Shown: in pieces, positions 58,115-64,000 of the stretch
Layout of the letters: each line of letters begins with the position of its first letter
Position numbering within the stretch: the stretch's first letter is position 1
IMG/VR virus record: IMGVR_UViG_3300029448_000012
Length of the DNA: 64,000 nt
Reading direction: 5' to 3' (one strand)
Origin: an uncultured virus (IMG/VR IMGVR_UViG_3300029448_000012)
Taxonomy: Duplodnaviria; Heunggongvirae; Uroviricota; Caudoviricetes
Position numbers and translations under genes: made by a program
Notes under the pieces: model-generated
What the model saw: only the letters and a program-made list of their open reading frames with translations
What the model was told of the DNA's origin: nothing
Database searches by the model: none

Positions 58115-58695
58115 GTATACTTAAACGCGGTGCAGATATGATCTACACATTCCGGTTTATCCGGCTACTTGTGCTTGATTGGAAAAACTGGGACGCCTAT
58201 AAGCTAGGAATTATCGATGAAAAAGGAAAAAGACTTAAGTCTCAAGAGCTCGACACTGATGCTCGTAAGTCGGCATACACTCCTTTTATTCGTCTTACCG
58301 CTAATGTTAAGCGGCTGCTTGGAAAAGTTCCAGGGCTCGGTTCTGGACTCGGGTCATTTGCCGCAGGTTTGTTTCTCATTAAAGAAAAATACGGACTATC
58401 CGACGATAACCTTTCGAAAATCATGTCTGAGTTTGGAATCGAACCAACAGACTTATTAAGTGAAGACGCTGAATGGTTTGTTCTTAAAAATGGTGAGCTT
58501 TCTCCAGGCGTTTATAGAATTAAAAATACTAAAGTTTTAAATTCTACACTTGAAGAAATGGTGTTAGCGAAAGATCAAATTAAAGTATTTGACGGCAAAG
58601 CAATTGGTGATGTTTTTGGAATTAGTGTATATGAGGCAACACACCTTAAAACCAACCAAAAAATATATATTACCAGTAGCGAAATTTACAAATGA
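58111..58695 (+). CDS. Conserved T4-like hypothetical protein
   Basis: FIRLL...W.AYKLGIIDEKG...AYTPF. Confidence 0.75.
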   Translation: MSILKRGADMIYTFRFIRLLVLDWKNWDAYKLGIIDEKGKRLKSQELDTDARKSAYTPFIRLTANVKRLLGKVPGLGSGLGSFAAGLFLIKEKYGLSDDNLSKIMSEFGIEPTDLLSEDAEWFVLKNGELSPGVYRIKNTKVLNSTLEEMVLAKDQIKVFDGKAIGDVFGISVYEATHLKTNQKIYITSSEIYK

Positions 58696-59264
58696 GTTTA
58701 TGGGCTAACATTCGTAAAAGACGAGCAGCAGGTAAGCCAAAACTTAAACCTGGGCAAAAGGGATATCCTAAGACGTTGAATATCGGCGAAAAGGATAATC
58801 CACGTATTCCTCGTAAAAAGGGTCAGCCTGCAAATTCTAAGAAGCATAGTGATTTATATACAGACGAGAATCCAAAAGGTACTATCAAGGGTCTTGGTTT
58901 TAAAGATGTTGAAACTGCAAAAGCAAGTGTAGCAAAAATAAAAAAATCGGGTAAGACTCATGCTCATAAAATACAAGCAGCAATTGCAATGGAACAACGT
59001 GCTAGAGTAATGGGCAAGACAGCAGAAGCTGCAGTTTATAGAAAGTATATAAACGCTATGAAAAAGAAAACTAAAGAAATGAATAAGGAAGAGATTACGA
59101 CAACTGCATCTATTCCTAATCCGGCTCAAACAGCAATGGGACCGACTGGAAAAGGTATGGTATCATATGTCACTGATCGACGTCGTAAGAAAAAAGAACG
59201 TTCTATTATGCTTAAGCGATTTAGAGATTACATGAAAGAAAAAGGCATTATTGAAGATGCTTAG
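58692..59264 (+). CDS. Basic hypothetical protein
   Basis: SLWANIRKRR; DLYTDENPKGTIxGLGFKD. Confidence 0.65.
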   Translation: MSLWANIRKRRAAGKPKLKPGQKGYPKTLNIGEKDNPRIPRKKGQPANSKKHSDLYTDENPKGTIKGLGFKDVETAKASVAKIKKSGKTHAHKIQAAIAMEQRARVMGKTAEAAVYRKYINAMKKKTKEMNKEEITTTASIPNPAQTAMGPTGKGMVSYVTDRRRKKKERSIMLKRFRDYMKEKGIIEDA

Positions 59265-59760
59265 AGTTTATATTTTAATTGTAGTAGTCATGGCTGTTGC
59301 CGGTATCGGTTACGGCGCCAAATATTACTATGACACAACTCAAGCAACTATTGCTACTCTCCGAGAAAATAATGCAAAACTAGAAGGTGCGGTAAAAACT
59401 GCAGAAGCAAGTCTTGCACTTCTTCAAGACAATATAGTTAAATTGTCCAAACTAAATAAAAATCTTCAGGCCGATCTTCAAAAGGCAGAGGCCTATGGAG
59501 ACGAATTACGTGTCAAATTGAATAGACTAAACCTTGTACAAGAAGCACTAAGAGATGCTAAAGTGTTAGAAGGAAAAATGAATGGTGCAACTGCAAAACT
59601 TTGGCGTAACCTCATGGACGATACTGGTAATCCTAATGAGTATGATCTTCCTAGCTGGCTGCAGCCGCTTCCAGCCGGAACCGGAGATCAAAATAGTGAC
59701 GAAAGTGGAGAAGGTTCAGATACCGACAGTATCGAGGCCGAAACCTCTTCAACTAACTGA
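59257..59760 (+). CDS. Inner-membrane spanin (Rz-like)
   Basis: N-terminal TM plus coiled coil; 3' end overlapped by a lipoprotein gene. Confidence 0.75.
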   Translation: MLRVYILIVVVMAVAGIGYGAKYYYDTTQATIATLRENNAKLEGAVKTAEASLALLQDNIVKLSKLNKNLQADLQKAEAYGDELRVKLNRLNLVQEALRDAKVLEGKMNGATAKLWRNLMDDTGNPNEYDLPSWLQPLPAGTGDQNSDESGEGSDTDSIEAETSSTN

Positions 59761-60010
59761 TACTCGTGTCTTTGTAGTTACGGAACAAACACTTGAAAAA
59801 TTTATTGCCGAGTTCAAAGAGATCAACGGTGAAGTAGCATTTGTAGCTCTCTCAATGAAAGACTACCAAAACTTAGCACTTAATATCGCAGAATTAAGAA
59901 GATATATCGATCAACAAACGCAAATTATAGTTTACTATGAGAATGCAGTGACTGATGAACCAACACAGGAGAATGGTCAAGATGGAACTGAATCTCAATC
60001 TAGCAAATAA
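59582..60010 (+). CDS. Outer-membrane spanin lipoprotein (Rz1-like)
   Basis: Lipobox LAGC; Pro-rich segment; out-of-frame overlap with the i-spanin. Confidence 0.75.
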   Translation: MVQLQNFGVTSWTILVILMSMIFLAGCSRFQPEPEIKIVTKVEKVQIPTVSRPKPLQLTDTRVFVVTEQTLEKFIAEFKEINGEVAFVALSMKDYQNLALNIAELRRYIDQQTQIIVYYENAVTDEPTQENGQDGTESQSSK

Positions 60011-60698
60011 ACTAGCTCGATGCGCAGACTTAGCGTATAAAGACCAAGATGCTCTCGAAGGTTTTGAAGAATTAGGATACACAAAACATATATTTCTTGA
60101 GAGAGAAGAAGCACAATGTCACGTTGTTTGGAACAAAAAAGAAATAGTTGTTGCTTTTCGTGGCACGGAACCTGATCAAATATCTGATATTTTAGCAGAC
60201 TTAAAAGCATGGCCAAGAAAATCCATGACTGATGGTTGGGTACATGCTGGATTTCGAGAAGAACTTAATAAACTCTGGGGTCTGGTAAAAATAATTATAA
60301 AAGATTTTCCAGAAAAAACGCTGTACATTTGTGGACATTCTCTTGGTGCTGCAATGGCAACCATATGTGCTTCTCGTGCTGAAGAGTTTAGACCAGTTGA
60401 TGGTCTTTATACCTATGGATCACCACGTGTTGGCACAAGATCTTTTGTCAAAGGAATTAAAACTCGGCATTGGAGATTTGTAAATAACAATGATGTTGTT
60501 ACTCGTGTTCCACTAGCGCTGATGGGTTATAAACATCATGGTCAGTTGGTTTATATCAATCACTATGGTAAAATTCGTAAAATGACAATGTGGCAAAGAA
60601 TTAAAGATAAGTGGAGAGGATGGAGGTCAGGACTTCTTGACGGCGTACAAGATCACGATATGCCTAACTACGTTAGTTACACAATCAAGGAGAATTAA
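59955..60698 (+). CDS. Class 3 lipase (alpha/beta hydrolase); start may be 59982
   Basis: VAFRGT, VHAGF, GHSLG, YTYGSPRVG, DVVTRVP, DH. Confidence 0.92.
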   Translation: MNQHRRMVKMELNLNLANKLARCADLAYKDQDALEGFEELGYTKHIFLEREEAQCHVVWNKKEIVVAFRGTEPDQISDILADLKAWPRKSMTDGWVHAGFREELNKLWGLVKIIIKDFPEKTLYICGHSLGAAMATICASRAEEFRPVDGLYTYGSPRVGTRSFVKGIKTRHWRFVNNNDVVTRVPLALMGYKHHGQLVYINHYGKIRKMTMWQRIKDKWRGWRSGLLDGVQDHDMPNYVSYTIKEN

Positions 60699-60980
60699 AT
60701 GATCGAAAGAATGTTTGATGATACGCTGTGGATATATACAGCTATAGCAGGTTCTCTTCTTGGTGCGGCATTTCTTGCGTATTTCAAAGATACAAAAGCT
60801 GGTTTATGGTGTTATGCTAAGTTAGATCAATTCCTTGATTATCTTGTAAAAAGATGGGGATGGACTTGGTTCGAACAGCCAGCAGATGCATGGAGAAAAA
60901 AGTATCCGTATGTCACTAAAAAAATCGATGAACTCGAAAACAGGATAAAGGAGCTAGAAGATGAATTGGCTAAAAAGTAA
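60699..60980 (+). CDS. Membrane protein, holin candidate
   Basis: N-terminal TM; next to spanins; SD AAGGAG. Confidence 0.5.
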   Translation: MIERMFDDTLWIYTAIAGSLLGAAFLAYFKDTKAGLWCYAKLDQFLDYLVKRWGWTWFEQPADAWRKKYPYVTKKIDELENRIKELEDELAKK

Positions 60981-61110
60981 ATTTACTCAAAGTAATACAT
61001 ATGAAGGAGCTGTTATTTTAGCAGCAGGTGTAATGATGGTTGTAGCACCACTCAACCTCATTGCTTACGGCATGGTCATCTATGGTGCAATTAAAATTAT
61101 AAAGGATTAG
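60961..61110 (+). CDS. 49-aa hydrophobic peptide, holin candidate (not in ORF track)
   Basis: MNWLKSKFTQSNTYEGAVILAAGVMMVVAPLNLIAYGMVIYGAIKIIKD. Confidence 0.55.
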   Translation: MNWLKSKFTQSNTYEGAVILAAGVMMVVAPLNLIAYGMVIYGAIKIIKD

Positions 61111-61112
61111 TT

Positions 61113-61310
61113 ATGAGAGACATTCTTATCGAAGCATTCAAAACGCACGCTAAAGGACATATTGATAAACATATTGCCAATGTAGAAGTGTATCTACACA
61201 ATCCAGCTGGCATTGGCGAGCATTCAGATATTATGGAAGCAATTGAACAAGAAATTGAAGAAATTGCAAAATATAATGATCAACTTGAAATGATGGAAAA
61301 GTATTTTTAA
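61113..61310 (+). CDS. Small conserved phage protein
   Basis: ANVEVYLxNPAGIGEHSDI. Confidence 0.7.
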   Translation: MRDILIEAFKTHAKGHIDKHIANVEVYLHNPAGIGEHSDIMEAIEQEIEEIAKYNDQLEMMEKYF

Positions 61311-61341
61311 GATATCAGTAATATTGTTTCACATTTTTTGG

Positions 61342-61370
61342 TTTACAAAAACTAAAAAATGATATATAAT
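61342..61370 (+). promoter_or_regulatory. Early/middle promoter TTTACA-N17-TATAAT
   Basis: Exact motif upstream of the RNR gene. Confidence 0.8.
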
Positions 61371-61407
61371 AATTCCATATAAAAAAATCAAAACCAGGAG
61401 AATATCA

Positions 61408-63624
61408 ATGGCAACAGCTCATGTTGACACAAGGCAGTTTTTGTCTCAAACTAAATTTTACGAAGGATATTCTCGTTTCAAAGATGAAGAAAATAGATAT
61501 GAATCTTGGGACGAGGCTGTCGATAGAGTTATCGGCATGCATTCAGAAAATTATAAAGAAAAAGGCAACGAGTTAGAGCCATATCTAGAAGAAGCAAGGG
61601 AAGCTTACAAAGAGCAACGCGTACTTGCAGCTCAGCGATCTCTCCAGTTTGGTGGTGAACAGCTACTTAAACACCAAATGCGTATGTATAACTGTACGTC
61701 ATCTTATGCTGATCGTCCAGAGTTTTTCGGCGAAGTATTTTATATTCTTTTGTGTGGTGCAGGTGCTGGTTTTTCTGTGCAAAAACATCATATTGCTAAA
61801 ATGCCACAGATTGCAAACCGTACGAAACAGGCAAAAGGTTATATCGTAGAAGATTCAATTGAAGGTTGGGCATCGGCTCTAGATGTGTTAATGTCATCAT
61901 ACTTTGTTGGTGGTGGTAAACATCCAGAATTTGAAGGTCGACGTGTATTCTTTGATCTTTCTAATATTCGTCCTCGAGGTGCTAAGATTTCTGGTGGATT
62001 TAAAGCTCCTGGTCCAGAAGGTCTTCGTCGTTCTCTTGATAAGATTGAACACATGCTTCAGTCTATCGTCATTGATCAAAAGAAACCGATCGATCTCAAG
62101 CCGATTAACGTGTATGACATTACCATGCATGCAGCTGATGCTGTTCTCTCTGGTGGCGTGCGTCGTTCTGCTACAATTTGTTTGTTCTCACCTGATGATG
62201 AAGAGATGATGACTGCAAAGACTGGTAATTGGTTTATTGACAATCCACAACGTGGTCGTTCTAATAACTCTGCGGTTATCGTTCGTGATGAAGCTGATAA
62301 AGAACAATTTGCTAAATTGATGGAATCAGTTAAATCATTTGGTGAACCAGGTTTTGTTTTTGTTGAATCAAAAGAGCATACAACTAACCCATGTGTTGAG
62401 ATTGGTATGTATCCACAGATTGATGGCGAATCTGGCTGGCAAGGTTGTAACCTTACCGAAATCAATGGTGGTATGTGTAAGACAGAAGAAGACTTTTATA
62501 AAGCATGCCGAGCTGCAGCCATCCTTGGTACAGTACAGGCTGGTTATACAGACTTTAAATTCTTATCATCAACATCAAAAAAAATCTTTGACCGTGAAGC
62601 ACTTCTTGGTGTTTCTATTACTGGATGGATGAATCAACCTGAAATCCTTTTTAATCCAAAAGTCTTGGAAAATGGAGCCAAGATTGTCAAAGAAGTTAAT
62701 AAAGAAGTCGCAGCCATTATTGGTATTAATCCTGCCGCTCGGACTACTTGTGTTAAGCCTAGCGGAAACGCATCCGTCTTACTGCAAACCGCTTCTGGTA
62801 TCCATGCTGAACACTCAGATATGTACATCAGAAACGTCCAAATGAATAAAGAATCTGAAATTACACAGGCAATCATTAAGTCAAATCCGTATATGGTAGA
62901 AGACTCTGTATGGTCAGCATCAGGTACTGACGTTGTTGTTTCTTTCCCGATTATTCCACATAAGGGTTCTATTCTTAAGGATGATCTTCTTGGTGTAACA
63001 CACCTTGAAAAAGTTAAGATGGCTCAAAAACATTGGGTTGTAGCTGGCACAAATGAAGAACTTTGTGCAGACAAAGGCATTCGTCACAACGTATCAAATA
63101 CAATCATTGTTGATGACTGGAATGAAGTCGAAGAATATGTCTTTAAAAATCGTCATTCGTTTGCAGGTATTTCATTTCTGTCAATGAGTGGTGATAAAGA
63201 CTATAATCAGGCTCCAAACACTGCAGTTATAAATGCTAAAAAGATGGTTAAAAAATATGATGAAGCAGCAATCTTTGCCTCCGGTCTAGTAGTTGATGCG
63301 CTCAAAGCATATAATAACCTTTGGGATGCATGTTCTACTGCACAGGGTTATGGTATCGATATTTCTCTTGAGTCTGCAGAAAACTTTGCACGGGCTGACT
63401 GGAATCGCCGATTCGAAAACTTTGCAAAAAACTATCTTGACGGTGACATGAAAATGGCTGAACATTGTCTTAAAGATTCTTATTTGCTTCATAGGTGGAA
63501 TAAAATTCAAGCAAATCTTAAGCCAGTTGATTGGAAAGACGGTTTAACTGCAAAGGTGTACACCGACGTTGATACTATTGGTTCTGCAGCATGTGTTGGC
63601 GGAGCGTGTGAAATTGACTTTTAG
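61408..63624 (+). CDS. nrdJ: Class II (B12-dependent) ribonucleotide reductase
   Basis: YNC, GxGxGFS, GGVRRSA, TNPCVEI, CNLTEI, VKPSG, C-terminal CxGGAC. Confidence 0.9.
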   Translation: MATAHVDTRQFLSQTKFYEGYSRFKDEENRYESWDEAVDRVIGMHSENYKEKGNELEPYLEEAREAYKEQRVLAAQRSLQFGGEQLLKHQMRMYNCTSSYADRPEFFGEVFYILLCGAGAGFSVQKHHIAKMPQIANRTKQAKGYIVEDSIEGWASALDVLMSSYFVGGGKHPEFEGRRVFFDLSNIRPRGAKISGGFKAPGPEGLRRSLDKIEHMLQSIVIDQKKPIDLKPINVYDITMHAADAVLSGGVRRSATICLFSPDDEEMMTAKTGNWFIDNPQRGRSNNSAVIVRDEADKEQFAKLMESVKSFGEPGFVFVESKEHTTNPCVEIGMYPQIDGESGWQGCNLTEINGGMCKTEEDFYKACRAAAILGTVQAGYTDFKFLSSTSKKIFDREALLGVSITGWMNQPEILFNPKVLENGAKIVKEVNKEVAAIIGINPAARTTCVKPSGNASVLLQTASGIHAEHSDMYIRNVQMNKESEITQAIIKSNPYMVEDSVWSASGTDVVVSFPIIPHKGSILKDDLLGVTHLEKVKMAQKHWVVAGTNEELCADKGIRHNVSNTIIVDDWNEVEEYVFKNRHSFAGISFLSMSGDKDYNQAPNTAVINAKKMVKKYDEAAIFASGLVVDALKAYNNLWDACSTAQGYGIDISLESAENFARADWNRRFENFAKNYLDGDMKMAEHCLKDSYLLHRWNKIQANLKPVDWKDGLTAKVYTDVDTIGSAACVGGACEIDF

Positions 63625-64000
63625 AAGAATATTTTTAGATGTTGGAGCAAATGTAGGTCAAAACATTCTTAATTTCAAAAAATTATACGGTGATGATTAT
63701 GAAAATTATGAAATATTTGCCTTTGAACCACACCCTGATAATTTTTTATATCTAAAACAAAAATTTGAAGTTAATCCAAAAGTAACACTTTTTCAGGCTG
63801 GTGTATCTAACGTAGATGGAGAAAAAAAATTATACCTCGGATCTTCTAAAAGTCATACGTTTAGAGAAGATAAGTCAACTTTCATGTTGACAAAAGATCC
63901 AATAAAAGTAAAATCTATAAATTTGTCTAAATGGATAAAAAATAATTTTATAAAAAACGATGAAATTATTTTATATTTAGACATTGAAGGTGAAGAATAT
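63608..64000 (+). CDS. FkbM family SAM methyltransferase, 3'-truncated (not in ORF track)
   Basis: IFLDVGANVG, FAFEPHP, LYLDIEGEEY; SD GGAG before GTG/TTG. Confidence 0.85.
   Translation, partial: MKLTFRRIFLDVGANVGQNILNFKKLYGDDYENYEIFAFEPHPDNFLYLKQKFEVNPKVTLFQAGVSNVDGEKKLYLGSSKSHTFREDKSTFMLTKDPIKVKSINLSKWIKNNFIKNDEIILYLDIEGEEY

Noticed and set aside
30676..63624. Introns or inteins in gp43, gp41, uvsX or nrdJ
   Set aside because: The ORFs are continuous and of normal length, with no intein or homing-endonuclease motifs seen
1..64000. Stop-codon reassignment
   Set aside because: Core genes are full length in the standard code, and TAA, TGA and TAG all serve as stops

Overview
This 64 kb window is part of a large T4-like myovirus genome, probably marine. 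The + strand carries, in order: tail-fibre-like genes; the neck, terminase, tail and head block (gp13-gp23, gp3); the recombination and replication block (uvsY/W/X, gp55, gp47/46, gp45/44/62, regA, gp43, gp41); auxiliary genes (DegT-type aminotransferase, Hsp20, IscA, glutaredoxin, ThyX, class II NrdJ); a DNA-modification cluster around a T4 gp42-like dCMP hydroxymethylase; a cluster of probable internal head proteins; and a spanin/lipase module. A permuted two-piece tmRNA with an ANDN...LAA tag points to an alphaproteobacterial host. Four features stand out. (1) The two-piece tmRNA has a 55-aa membrane-peptide ORF in its intervening segment. (2) A late-promoter-driven, minus-strand six-gene cassette of exported proteins resembles a fimbrial system with no usher. 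(3) The hmC pathway is paired with a GT-A glycosyltransferase and a C5-methyltransferase homologue with a degenerate SAM motif. (4) A ROSE-like RNA thermometer precedes hsp20. All family assignments come from motif recognition and synteny by eye; no searches were run.
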